From: a virus
Lineage: Duplodnaviria > Heunggongvirae > Uroviricota > Caudoviricetes
Reading direction: 5' to 3' (one strand)
DNA length: 36,828 nt
Virus record (IMG/VR): IMGVR_UViG_3300046642_001000
Span: 167,935-204,762 of that record
A program made the translations under genes and the position numbers. Below the pieces are notes generated by a model. It worked only from the letters and a program-made list of their open reading frames with translations. It was not told where the DNA came from and did no database searches. Shown one piece after another: positions 15,151 through 23,619 of this stretch; within the stretch, counting starts at the first letter, position 1; the number at the start of each line of letters is the position of its first letter.

Positions 15151-15446
15151 AGTCCCCGCTCCTTCTTGTAGCATTCCGCCCGCCACCAGGGGCAGGAGTC
15201 CGTGTGGCCGTGGGGGATCTCCCCGTGGCAGAGGACGCACTCGAGGAAGGCCGTGTACTTCCGGTGGAAGATGACCCCCAGCCCCTCCCCCTTCGGGACC
15301 GCCGCCACGAAGGCGAGCGGGTCCGCCGCTGCCAGCGCGAGGACGATGCTTTCGGCCGAATCTGCCTGTAGATTCGGTGAAACATCGGGCGCCGCCGCAG
15401 CCTCGGGGACCGGGTCGTACGGGTCGATCATCCGGTCCGAGCTCAT
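15147..15446 (-). CDS. hypothetical protein
   Basis: MSSDRM start; 99 aa; CVLC..H...C. Confidence 0.65.
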   Translation of the reverse strand: MSSDRMIDPYDPVPEAAAAPDVSPNLQADSAESIVLALAAADPLAFVAAVPKGEGLGVIFHRKYTAFLECVLCHGEIPHGHTDSCPWWRAECYKKERGL

Positions 15447-15781
15447 CTGCTCTGCTCCCACCAGAAGCCGTGCTGCTCCTTGGCGTGGTTCTTGCAGACG
15501 TACTTCGAGCCGACCTGCCGGACGATGGCCTCCACCGGCTCCAGCACGAGCTCGTTGATCCCCTGGTCGGGCCGGAAGACCCACCAGATGACCTTGCCGG
15601 AGTCCTGCGGTCCCCGGCACCGCTCGGGGTGCTGGTCTACGCTCTGGGAAACCCCCATGTCCAACGGGGCTTCGCCCGCGTTCGACGAGGAGCACCCGTG
15701 GCAGCAGCCCAGGCAGATCCAGAAGAGGGCCAGGAAAAGGAGGGCAAACAGGGCCCGGTGCCCCTCGTCGTCTCGGGTCAT
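15443..15781 (-). CDS. putative exported/lipoprotein
   Basis: Hydrophobic N-terminus ending CLGCCHGC; 112 aa. Confidence 0.65.
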   Translation of the reverse strand: MTRDDEGHRALFALLFLALFWICLGCCHGCSSSNAGEAPLDMGVSQSVDQHPERCRGPQDSGKVIWWVFRPDQGINELVLEPVEAIVRQVGSKYVCKNHAKEQHGFWWEQSR

Positions 15782-16785
15782 TCGTTCACGTTGTCTTCTT
15801 CTCCCGGCACGGTGTTCACCGGGAAGGGGATTACGATGGCGCCCTCGGGGAGAGGGCCTTCCACCTTGATGCGGAAGCCACGGCGGCCCTGCACCTTGAT
15901 GCACTCGATCTCCTTGCCGTCTCGCTGGAGGCGCTTGGCCCCCATCTCGAGACCGGCCCGCCAGATGCCGCCGGAGACGCCCGCCAGGTCGAAGTCGTAC
16001 CCCGTCAGCGTCTTTCCGATGAGCAGGAGCTCGATGGCCTTCTCAGCGGCCTTCTCCAGCCCCGACCGGGCCGAGGCGAGGCTCCCCATCGCTGAGGGGG
16101 TGCCGACGTCCACCCCGAACTGGGTGATGGTGAGCGGAACCTCGAAGCCGGCCCGCCCGTGGCGGTTCTTCCGGATTTCCAGCTTCCGCTCACCCTTCTT
16201 GGCGTTCGTCGTGACGTGGAGGTGCACGTCGACGAGGTGGGCCAGGCTCTGGTCGCCGGCGTGAGCCGTGCCGTCCTTGGAGACGTGGCAGACAAGCACC
16301 GCCACCCCGCCCGAGCCGCAGATGGTACCGACGAGCTCCTCAGCGGCCATGGCCTGGTAGTCGTGCCGACGCTTGCCTTCTCGGACCAGCGTCTGGACCG
16401 AGTCGACCACCACCAGGTTGGCCTGGGCGTCACGGACGTTGTCCAGCGCCACCTCGACGTCCCTCAGGGAGGCCAGGTATGGGTCCTGGGTGAGCTTCAG
16501 GCGCTCCCACCGCTTCTTCACGTTCCGCTCCGGCTCCTCGCCGTGGAGGATGAGGGAGAGGGCGGAGGCGTTGGCCATCAGGGCGGCCAGGGTGGACTTG
16601 CCACCTCCTGGCGCGCCGCTGATGAGGACGGACGCCCCTTCGGGCAGCCCGGCCGGCTCCTCGTCACTGCCGGCAAGGCAAGTGTCGAGGGAAGGCAACC
16701 CCGTCGAGATGCGCGGGGCATCCGGGGGTACGATCACGGTCGACAGGCGCTTCATCGGCGCGGGCTGAACGTGGGGGACCTTCAT
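15778..16785 (-). CDS. radA: RadA/Sms-like RecA-family ATPase
   Basis: ISTGLPSLD, GAPGGGKST (Walker A), GEE, VVDSVQ, CHVSKDG, AHLVDV, KNRHG; no N-terminal Zn finger. Confidence 0.85.
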   Translation of the reverse strand: MKVPHVQPAPMKRLSTVIVPPDAPRISTGLPSLDTCLAGSDEEPAGLPEGASVLISGAPGGGKSTLAALMANASALSLILHGEEPERNVKKRWERLKLTQDPYLASLRDVEVALDNVRDAQANLVVVDSVQTLVREGKRRHDYQAMAAEELVGTICGSGGVAVLVCHVSKDGTAHAGDQSLAHLVDVHLHVTTNAKKGERKLEIRKNRHGRAGFEVPLTITQFGVDVGTPSAMGSLASARSGLEKAAEKAIELLLIGKTLTGYDFDLAGVSGGIWRAGLEMGAKRLQRDGKEIECIKVQGRRGFRIKVEGPLPEGAIVIPFPVNTVPGEEDNVNE

Positions 16786-16799
16786 GGTGAGGCCTTTCG

Positions 16800-17315
16800 C
16801 TAGTTGTTGTCGGACAGGGTGAGCTCCGCCGTACGCAGACCAGCACCACGCTGGGCCGCCGACGAAACGAGGCGAGTGATGTCCGCGAGCTTCTCGCTGG
16901 AGTCGAGGCTGATGTCCCAGAGCCGGCTGGCCGCCGCCTCCATGACGCTCACGACCTCTTCCTGGGTGCGGGTGCCGGAGTCGTTCCAGCCGGGGATGCT
17001 GGAGGTCTTCTCGCGGGTCTGCTCCTCGACCTCGTCGAGGATGAAGGCGCACGCCACGTCGTGGACCTGGTGCCGGGCGTCCTCCACGTACTGGCTACGG
17101 GGCATCAGCTCGTTCAGCGCCTCTTCGAGGGCTCCGAGGATGCAGAAGGCCACCGGGGTCTTCCCTTCCACCATCTTGTAGAAGGTTCCGCGGATCCAGC
17201 CGTCGCGGATGAGGTCCGCGCTGCGCTCCACGAGGCCGGCCGCCAACATGACGGTCGCGTCCTGAACAAATGCTTGATTGTCCATCGAGTTTTTCTCCTG
17301 TTTGGTGTCAACCAT
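16800..17315 (-). CDS. DUF6197-like phage protein
   Basis: FCILGAL...I..WND...RT.EEV...MEAAA; start 17315 (leaderless) or 17285 (SD AGGAG). Confidence 0.7.
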   Translation of the reverse strand: MVDTKQEKNSMDNQAFVQDATVMLAAGLVERSADLIRDGWIRGTFYKMVEGKTPVAFCILGALEEALNELMPRSQYVEDARHQVHDVACAFILDEVEEQTREKTSSIPGWNDSGTRTQEEVVSVMEAAASRLWDISLDSSEKLADITRLVSSAAQRGAGLRTAELTLSDNN

Positions 17316-17322
17316 GGATACC

Positions 17323-17350
17323 ATTATATCACACGGAGTTCCAAAGTAAA
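17323..17350 (-). promoter_or_regulatory. divergent promoter, leftward
   Basis: TTTACT-16bp-TATAAT on (-). Confidence 0.7.
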
Positions 17351-17383
17351 TAGGAAACTTGTGTGTTCCCGTGCTCACAACTT

Positions 17384-17393
17384 GTGATATAAT
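17384..17393 (+). promoter_or_regulatory. divergent promoter, rightward (leaderless)
   Basis: GTGATATAAT-GGTATC-ATG 17400. Confidence 0.7.
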
Positions 17394-17399
17394 GGTATC

Positions 17400-17561
17400 A
17401 TGAAGACGGGAATCCTCCTCGAGTTTCGGTCCCGAAGGCCTGAGCCCAAGAAGACCGAAGAAGTGGCATACGCCGAACGCCTGGTGGAGCTTTCCATCGC
17501 TCTGAACAACGGGGAGGTCACCTTGCACGACCTCCAGGAAGAAGTGGAAGGATGGCGCTGA
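17400..17561 (+). CDS. hypothetical protein
   Basis: 53 aa MKTGILLEF...EGWR, read by hand. Confidence 0.65.
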   Translation: MKTGILLEFRSRRPEPKKTEEVAYAERLVELSIALNNGEVTLHDLQEEVEGWR

Positions 17562-17749
17562 AAGTGACCCCCACGCACCGGGCCGACAACGTGAAAGTCG
17601 GCGCGATTAGCTTCCAGGTCTGGTGGGAGAACGGCCGACCCCACCACCTGCGCATCCTGAACGGGTCGGATGACGAGCTGACCCTCGAACATCTCCGCGC
17701 GTTCATCGCGTGGTGCGATGGTCTGCCCACCCTCGAGGGGAAGGGATAG
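17552..17749 (+). CDS. hypothetical protein
   Basis: 65 aa. Confidence 0.65.
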   Translation: MALKVTPTHRADNVKVGAISFQVWWENGRPHHLRILNGSDDELTLEHLRAFIAWCDGLPTLEGKG

Positions 17750-17756
17750 ATATCCC

Positions 17757-18401
17757 ATGGATTTCAAGCGTGACAGGACGAAGCCCTTCGACGAGGCCGA
17801 GATCGAGCGGATCGAGCTCCAGGCCCGGGAAGAGGGCAACGAGCTCGTGGAGCAGATGGCCGGCATCCTGTTTGACACCGGCAACTACCTGAAGAAGCAG
17901 TACGACCGCGAGAAGGAGCTCCTGGACCAGGCGCAGTCCTTCCTCAGGATCGCCGAGATCTACCTGCCCAAGGACGAGGCCACGATCGGTGGACGCATGT
18001 CCAAGCGGATCAAGGAGGGCTTCTCCGCCTTCGTCAAGGGCCTGAAGACCGGCAAGTTGAAGCCGGAGCTGGCCAAGATCCACTGGGAGCACGGCACGCC
18101 GTTCGAGATTTCCTGGCGGAACAACTGGGCCATGATGGTCATTGCGGCCAGCATCGCCGACCTGCTCCGGAAGGACGACAAGTCCTACTGGAACAACATC
18201 ACCTGCGTCATGAACTACCACGGGGAACAGTTCGACGTCGTGGTGCAGCGCCGCTCCGGCAAGTCCGTCAAGGACCAGCTGAACGAGGCGGAAGCCAAGA
18301 TCAAGGCTCTGGAGACGGAGAACGAGCATCTCAGGGAAGAGATCTCGGACCGCGACGAGCAGGCCTACAACGACGGCATCGAGAGGGACCTCAACACATG
18401 A
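17757..18401 (+). CDS. hypothetical protein with C-terminal coiled coil
   Basis: MDFKRD start; 214 aa. Confidence 0.8.
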   Translation: MDFKRDRTKPFDEAEIERIELQAREEGNELVEQMAGILFDTGNYLKKQYDREKELLDQAQSFLRIAEIYLPKDEATIGGRMSKRIKEGFSAFVKGLKTGKLKPELAKIHWEHGTPFEISWRNNWAMMVIAASIADLLRKDDKSYWNNITCVMNYHGEQFDVVVQRRSGKSVKDQLNEAEAKIKALETENEHLREEISDRDEQAYNDGIERDLNT

Positions 18402-18598
18402 GCCGCATCCTCGTCGTCCCCCTTCTGACCGAGCACGGTCCGGCGCGCGTCTTCATCGACGTGCAGACAGCCGTCGCCCTCATCCCCTACCTCGAGGAGT
18501 TCGCCGAGGTGGAAGGGAAGATGATCGACCTCATCCTGTGCGTGCGGTGTAGCACCTATGCCGTGGCAGACCACAAAGACTGCGAGGGACTCCAGTGA
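18398..18598 (+). CDS. hypothetical protein
   Basis: 66 aa, ATGA overlap. Confidence 0.65.
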   Translation: MSRILVVPLLTEHGPARVFIDVQTAVALIPYLEEFAEVEGKMIDLILCVRCSTYAVADHKDCEGLQ

Positions 18599-18804
18599 AA
18601 GACGACCAGAAGGACGCCATGGACCGCTTCAACGACAGCCTGGCCCGGAACGGGGCCGCGTACGTCCGCAACGAGAACGGGGACGTCGTCTTCGCCTTTT
18701 CGAAGGAGAAGATCCAGGAGTTCATGCGGAGCATGGAGGAGTCCGGCAAGGACAAGATCATCGTGCTCATCCAGGCCAACGGGTCGCTCCCGACGGTGAA
18801 CTGA
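18595..18804 (+). CDS. hypothetical protein
   Basis: 69 aa, GTGA overlap. Confidence 0.65.
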   Translation: MKDDQKDAMDRFNDSLARNGAAYVRNENGDVVFAFSKEKIQEFMRSMEESGKDKIIVLIQANGSLPTVN

Positions 18805-19094
18805 TGGATCACGGGATCTTCTACGAGCACGAGCGCTTCTTCCAGCTGCTCTTCGGCACTTCTCAGGACTCTGTGGAGTGGCAGCTGAAGAACCGCGGCT
18901 ACAAGGTCCGGAAGTATGTCCTGTCGCCGGACATCATCACCGCCGACTGGGACGACGGCTGTGGCATCGAGATCCGTTTCGATGCCATGGGGACCGCCAC
19001 CGCGATCACCTACCACGAGTACTACGCCGTCCTCGACGGCCCGCCCAACCCACCCAAGCCGGTCGTCCGGCGTTTCTCCAGAAAGAGGATATGA
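18804..19094 (+). CDS. hypothetical protein
   Basis: MDHGIF start; 96 aa. Confidence 0.65.
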   Translation: MDHGIFYEHERFFQLLFGTSQDSVEWQLKNRGYKVRKYVLSPDIITADWDDGCGIEIRFDAMGTATAITYHEYYAVLDGPPNPPKPVVRRFSRKRI

Positions 19095-19324
19095 CAATGC
19101 CCCAGGTCGAATCGAACTGCAAGAACCCCCGCTGCTGCCGTGGCGTCCGTCACCCCCAGGAAGACATGGCACCGCCGAACGACAAGTTCGCCTGCCGGAA
19201 CTGCGGGAACGAGATCAACCGCATGAACCTCAGCCAGGACGGCGGCTGCCGTCTCTGCGGGGGTTGCGCGACGCTCATGAAGCGTTGTGGTCACTGCGGT
19301 CGACCATTTGGTGACAACCAGTAA
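19091..19324 (+). CDS. Cys-rich Zn-finger protein
   Basis: 77 aa with several CxxC pairs. Confidence 0.7.
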   Translation: MTMPQVESNCKNPRCCRGVRHPQEDMAPPNDKFACRNCGNEINRMNLSQDGGCRLCGGCATLMKRCGHCGRPFGDNQ

Positions 19325-19330
19325 TTTTCT

Positions 19331-19340
19331 GTGGTATAAT
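19331..19340 (+). promoter_or_regulatory. extended -10 promoter (leaderless)
   Basis: GTGGTATAAT-AGGACC-ATG 19347. Confidence 0.7.
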
Positions 19341-19346
19341 AGGACC

Positions 19347-19592
19347 ATGGAGAAAAATCCGATTTTCCCAATCGACACGGCCACGTCTCGGGACATCCTG
19401 GAGGCGGCCGACCCGGACCATGCCATGCACACGGTGGACGGGGCCACGATCTCCAAGGCGTCAGTGGAGATGCTGTGCACCTGCGGCTCGGTCGTGGTCT
19501 TCTCTGCCGACGAGGCAGAGGCCAAGGGCTGGAAGCTGGGGGACGTCGCCTCAAGACTCAAGAAGCTGGGGCAGACCGGAAGAAAGCAATGA
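19347..19592 (+). CDS. hypothetical protein
   Basis: MEKNP start; 81 aa. Confidence 0.7.
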   Translation: MEKNPIFPIDTATSRDILEAADPDHAMHTVDGATISKASVEMLCTCGSVVVFSADEAEAKGWKLGDVASRLKKLGQTGRKQ

Positions 19593-19819
19593 GCGTTCTT
19601 GGAACAGAGATGCCCCAGTTCGGATACTCCGACTGGTGCCCCCCGACGCAACCGGAGAACAAGGAGGACATCTTGACAGTCCTGGACATCCAACCTGGTT
19701 CCAACGAGTTCGACGCGGCCTACTCGTTCTTCGTGGGAGAAGACCCCGCGAAGCGCATCCGTTTCGGGGTGTACTACGAGGAGGACTACTACGACTGGTT
19801 CGAGGTAATCCGTGGCTGA
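19589..19819 (+). CDS. hypothetical protein
   Basis: MSVLGT start; 76 aa. Confidence 0.65.
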   Translation: MSVLGTEMPQFGYSDWCPPTQPENKEDILTVLDIQPGSNEFDAAYSFFVGEDPAKRIRFGVYYEEDYYDWFEVIRG

Positions 19820-20054
19820 TCCCGGGTTCACCTGCGTCCAGGACGTGTACAACCACCTGGAGAAACCGGAGAACCAGGTCTCCACGGAGCTCTTCGTCAT
19901 CAAGTGGGACGGGCTCTACCCGTACCTCGCGAAGAGCCGCCTGAAGTACCTTCAGGACGACCGGGCGCTGGCCGAGGTGACCTACCTCGAGTACATGCGC
20001 CGGAAGCGTCGCCCGAAGGACGAGGGCGAGGAAAAGGAACCGACCTATGAGTAA
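19812..20054 (+). CDS. hypothetical protein
   Basis: 80 aa, SD GAGG. Confidence 0.7.
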   Translation: MADPGFTCVQDVYNHLEKPENQVSTELFVIKWDGLYPYLAKSRLKYLQDDRALAEVTYLEYMRRKRRPKDEGEEKEPTYE

Positions 20055-20232
20055 CATCGAACCCTGCACGATCTGTGGCGAGGAGAAGTACGGTCCCGGC
20101 AGCGGGTTCTGCTTCGACTGCCACAATCACGCAGTGAAGATCCTCAAGATGGTCAATCGCAAAAAGATCACGAAGGCGGAAGGTGTCCGCCTCGTATGGG
20201 GAGGCCCGGATGGACCAGTGCGTACGCTGTAA
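20047..20232 (+). CDS. small Zn-finger protein
   Basis: CTIC...CFDC. Confidence 0.6.
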   Translation: MSNIEPCTICGEEKYGPGSGFCFDCHNHAVKILKMVNRKKITKAEGVRLVWGGPDGPVRTL

Positions 20233-20404
20233 GAAGGACCTGGGGTTCGGCTCCTGCATCATCGTCGAAGTGAAGGGCGAGAGGGTCTCCATGGCCCACT
20301 TCCTGTGTGCCAAGCCCGCGGAAGTGAAGGCGCTCTACGGAACCGTCACACCCTTCGAGTTTCCGCTCGAGGAGCAACCCGAGAAGCCCACCCGAAAGGA
20401 ATGA
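20210..20404 (+). CDS. small Zn-finger protein
   Basis: CVRC...H..C; SD GGAGG. Confidence 0.6.
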   Translation: MDQCVRCKKDLGFGSCIIVEVKGERVSMAHFLCAKPAEVKALYGTVTPFEFPLEEQPEKPTRKE

Positions 20405-20407
20405 CCC

Positions 20408-20797
20408 ATGGACCGAGAACTGAGACCCAAGATCACCCTGCATCAGGTCGGAGCGGCGCTCATCGCCGTCATCCTCGGCCTGTTCACCATCGTCGTCCTG
20501 GGCGCCGCCCTGTTCGGCTGCTCGACGATCAAGCCCTACCTGGGCAAGGAGAACCAGCCGCAGACCCACGAGCAGTTCGTCCGCTGGGCCGACGACAGCC
20601 ACGACCTCTGCGAGAAGCTGCTCTTCGTCGACAACCCCTACTCCCGGACCGTCGTGGTGCACTTCGACTGCAAGACCATGGTGAACCTGGACGTCCGGGT
20701 TCCGCCTCACTCGACGAAGGTCGAAGGCATCTATGGGGACCGCAAGGATGCCACCAGGGACGCCTGCTACGAAACGGGGTATGACATCGTTCCCTGA
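20408..20797 (+). CDS. putative membrane/lipoprotein
   Basis: Long hydrophobic stretch ending LFGC. Confidence 0.7.
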   Translation: MDRELRPKITLHQVGAALIAVILGLFTIVVLGAALFGCSTIKPYLGKENQPQTHEQFVRWADDSHDLCEKLLFVDNPYSRTVVVHFDCKTMVNLDVRVPPHSTKVEGIYGDRKDATRDACYETGYDIVP

Positions 20798-20800
20798 TCT

Positions 20801-20810
20801 GTGATATAAT
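20801..20810 (+). promoter_or_regulatory. extended -10 promoter (leaderless)
   Basis: GTGATATAAT, ATG 20818 lies 7 nt downstream. Confidence 0.65.
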
Positions 20811-20817
20811 GGGATCT

Positions 20818-21108
20818 ATGGACGCCAAGGACGCTTTGAACATCGGGGACTACGTTCTCATCAAGAAGAAGCTCTTGGAGGACTGGGCCCTCACGGTCAA
20901 CGAGCTCAACAAGACCTTGCTCTGGCTGAAGAACGAACGTGAGCGTCTCATCGCCCTGAACGACGAGTACGAGCAGCTCGCCCAGAAGACGGACGTGGCC
21001 GCCAAAAAGCTCATGAAGATGTTCGAAGACATCAAGGCAGAAAACATCCGGCTGACCGAGGCCCTCATCGACAGGATGCCGCGGATCAAGCCGGGTCAGG
21101 CAAGCTAA
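20818..21108 (+). CDS. coiled-coil hypothetical protein
   Basis: 96 aa. Confidence 0.75.
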   Translation: MDAKDALNIGDYVLIKKKLLEDWALTVNELNKTLLWLKNERERLIALNDEYEQLAQKTDVAAKKLMKMFEDIKAENIRLTEALIDRMPRIKPGQAS

Positions 21109-21117
21109 GGAGATACG

Positions 21118-21531
21118 ATGAGCGAAGAGACGCCGCCCGAGCTGGAAGTGGAGACGCAGGAAGCGACTCCCGAGGAACTCGAGTCCGACCAGCCCCAGAT
21201 GTACGTTCCGGACAACACCCCCATCGCCGAGGGTCCGCTGAAGGGCCTGCCGGCGTGGGTGCGCGACCTGAAGACCCTGTTCCTCGGCTACGGCCAGCAG
21301 ATCGTCCAGCTCAGCACGATCAAGCAGGAGATGGAGATGGCGTTCGGGGAGATCACCCAGGCCATCATCCTCTACCTCCCGGAGGAGGTCGGCAAGGAGG
21401 AGTCGCCCGTCGACTGCACCATCCGGCTCATCAAGGAGTTCGCCGTCTTGCGGGACCAGCTCGAGCCCATGGGCCTTCGCCTGGCGGCCGCGGAAGCGGA
21501 GTTGGCGGAGCTCAAGAAGGCGGGCGGCTGA
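21118..21531 (+). CDS. hypothetical protein
   Basis: SD AAGGAG; 137 aa. Confidence 0.8.
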   Translation: MSEETPPELEVETQEATPEELESDQPQMYVPDNTPIAEGPLKGLPAWVRDLKTLFLGYGQQIVQLSTIKQEMEMAFGEITQAIILYLPEEVGKEESPVDCTIRLIKEFAVLRDQLEPMGLRLAAAEAELAELKKAGG

Positions 21532-21842
21532 TGGGCTTTCCGTCGTCAGTCATCCCGGGCCTCTTCCGTCGCAAGAAGGAAAAGGCTCTGGGCGGTGCTC
21601 CGAGCGAAAAGTTCGACGTCTCGGATGAGGAAGCCAAGTTCAAAGACGAGGCCGGCCGGAAGACCTCCGCCGAGATGGCCGCCGAGAACTGGAAGAACGC
21701 GGACCCGAAAGCCAAGGACCTCATCATCCTCGGGCTGGAAGTCGCCATCCGGGACATCGCCAAGGAAAGACCGGACGGGACCATCACGAAGAAGCTGGAC
21801 ACCCTCGTGGCGGCCAGAGATCTCCTCTGGGCCAATCGGTAA
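21531..21842 (+). CDS. hypothetical protein
   Basis: MGFPSS start; 103 aa. Confidence 0.7.
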   Translation: MGFPSSVIPGLFRRKKEKALGGAPSEKFDVSDEEAKFKDEAGRKTSAEMAAENWKNADPKAKDLIILGLEVAIRDIAKERPDGTITKKLDTLVAARDLLWANR

Positions 21843-21877
21843 AAAGCCGGGAGATGTTCTAAATATAAGAGGTGAAC

Positions 21878-22126
21878 ATGGGACCCGTCCTCACTGCGAT
21901 CGTCTGGATTTTCGCTGGCTTTGTGGCCGGCGTAGTCGCCCCCATCTGGTGGTGGCGTCGCCAGCTCTGGAAGCTGGACCTCATCTGGAGAATGAATTTT
22001 GCCAACTGCGTCAATCAGGCGGTGGCACAGTTCTTCGGAGCGACCGTGCGTGACGGCGTCATCTACATGCCGAAGCATGAGACGGATGACGAGTCCCCGC
22101 CGGACGACAAGGACAAGCTCAACTAA
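21878..22126 (+). CDS. small membrane protein
   Basis: SD GAGGTG; N-terminal TM helix. Confidence 0.7.
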   Translation: MGPVLTAIVWIFAGFVAGVVAPIWWWRRQLWKLDLIWRMNFANCVNQAVAQFFGATVRDGVIYMPKHETDDESPPDDKDKLN

Positions 22127-22623
22127 TGCCGTGCCTCACCTGCGGAGCTCCTCTCGTCACCGGGATGGAGCAGAAGATTGGGACATGTGTCACCTGCGCC
22201 GAGAAGATCGTGCAGGAGGTCCAGCTCCTCAGGAACAAGAACCAGGAGCTGTCCGACAAGAACCTCCTGCTCGAGGGGAAGATCGAGCTCTACCTCGAGC
22301 AGGTCCGAGTCCAAGAGAAGATCCTCGAGGCCGAGAAGAGCGGTCGTGAGGCAGCCAACCGCGGGGCCACGTTGGAAGACAATCCCCACGATCCGGACTC
22401 GGATGAGTCCGCCTCCTGGTCCTATGGCTGGCTGAACTCCGACATCCTCCAGCAGGTGGGAAAGGCCCAGGCCGTGATGACCTGGGCGCTCGGCATGATC
22501 GGCATCATCCACGAGCTGGCGGCCAACGGGGCTTCCACCACCGAGATCGCCGCCAAGCTGGCCACCGTCGTCGAGAAGATCGCGCCGTACATCCCAGAGA
22601 ACGAGCAGGCGACAGGAGCCTAG
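22126..22623 (+). CDS. hypothetical protein (Zn finger + coiled coil)
   Basis: CLTC...CVTC; 165 aa. Confidence 0.75.
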   Translation: MPCLTCGAPLVTGMEQKIGTCVTCAEKIVQEVQLLRNKNQELSDKNLLLEGKIELYLEQVRVQEKILEAEKSGREAANRGATLEDNPHDPDSDESASWSYGWLNSDILQQVGKAQAVMTWALGMIGIIHELAANGASTTEIAAKLATVVEKIAPYIPENEQATGA

Positions 22624-22636
22624 GAAAATTTCGGAG

Positions 22637-23437
22637 ATGCGCTTGCGAGACCTCGGCCTCAGCATCTGTGTAGATGTCGGCTCAGACTCAGCCGATTCTT
22701 TCTACGAACACACCGCCCTGCTTGGTCGCCTGGCCTTGCACGAGTTCATGCGTGCCGGCCGTGGGATCCCCAAGGGGTTTGTCGAGGAAGCCTCCCTCCG
22801 ATTCTCGCCACGCATGCTGGACATGGCGCAGGGGAAGGGACCGGCCATCGTCATCGTCCCCATCGGGGAAGTGTCTGTCCTCACCATCGACGTCATCTGC
22901 CGGATCGCCTGGGACATCTTCGGAGTCCCCGTGAAGGTCCTGCGTCGTCGCACCCTCTGGCCGGAAGTCTACGATCCCAACCGCAGGAGGGCGGAAGCCG
23001 GGGCGGTCCTGGAGAAGGGCGCCGAGTTTCTCAAGCACGGCCGGGTGGTGATGGTCACGGACCAGGAGCTGTACGCCGCCCAGAAGAACAACATCTGGGT
23101 CTACGGCTACGGCAGCATGGCGCTCCCCGTCTGCGTGGTCTCCACGTTCGGGATCGGGAAGCTCGGGAGCACTCACATCCCGTGGAGCCGGCTGGTGAAG
23201 CTGGTCGTCCACGAGGTCGGGCATACGCTGGGGCTCACCCACCACGACGCCAAGACCGAGGTCATCCCCTGTGTCATGAACATCGGACCCTCCCTCGACG
23301 GGAAGCCAGGGATCGACATCATGCCACACGACTTCTGCAGCAAGTGCCTCGGAGACGTGCTGGCCGGACGTTCACAGTTCCAGGAAAGTCTCAAGAAAGA
23401 AGAGGTGCCCCCATGCTCGGTCGCATCATCAATATAG
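22637..23437 (+). CDS. archaemetzincin-like Zn metalloprotease (M54-like)
   Basis: HEVGHTLGLTHH (HExxHxxGxxH) followed by CVM Met-turn and FC..C. Confidence 0.8.
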   Translation: MRLRDLGLSICVDVGSDSADSFYEHTALLGRLALHEFMRAGRGIPKGFVEEASLRFSPRMLDMAQGKGPAIVIVPIGEVSVLTIDVICRIAWDIFGVPVKVLRRRTLWPEVYDPNRRRAEAGAVLEKGAEFLKHGRVVMVTDQELYAAQKNNIWVYGYGSMALPVCVVSTFGIGKLGSTHIPWSRLVKLVVHEVGHTLGLTHHDAKTEVIPCVMNIGPSLDGKPGIDIMPHDFCSKCLGDVLAGRSQFQESLKKEEVPPCSVASSI

Positions 23438-23592
23438 TTCTCACCCCGATCTGGCTCTTGATGGTCGTGGTGATCCTGGCCTTCGCCCTCACCGTCCGCA
23501 TCCTCCGAGGGGCGGCAGACATCTTCGAGATCATCGGCGGAGGGATCGCCGACTGCACCAAGGGGCTCATCGAACTCTTCCAAGAGCTCTGA
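23413..23592 (+). CDS. small hydrophobic membrane protein
   Basis: 59 aa, long hydrophobic N-terminal half; SD GAGGTG. Confidence 0.65.
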   Translation: MLGRIINIVLTPIWLLMVVVILAFALTVRILRGAADIFEIIGGGIADCTKGLIELFQEL

Positions 23593-23619
23593 TTTCTTAC
23601 GTCCGTGGCTACTTAGGCC

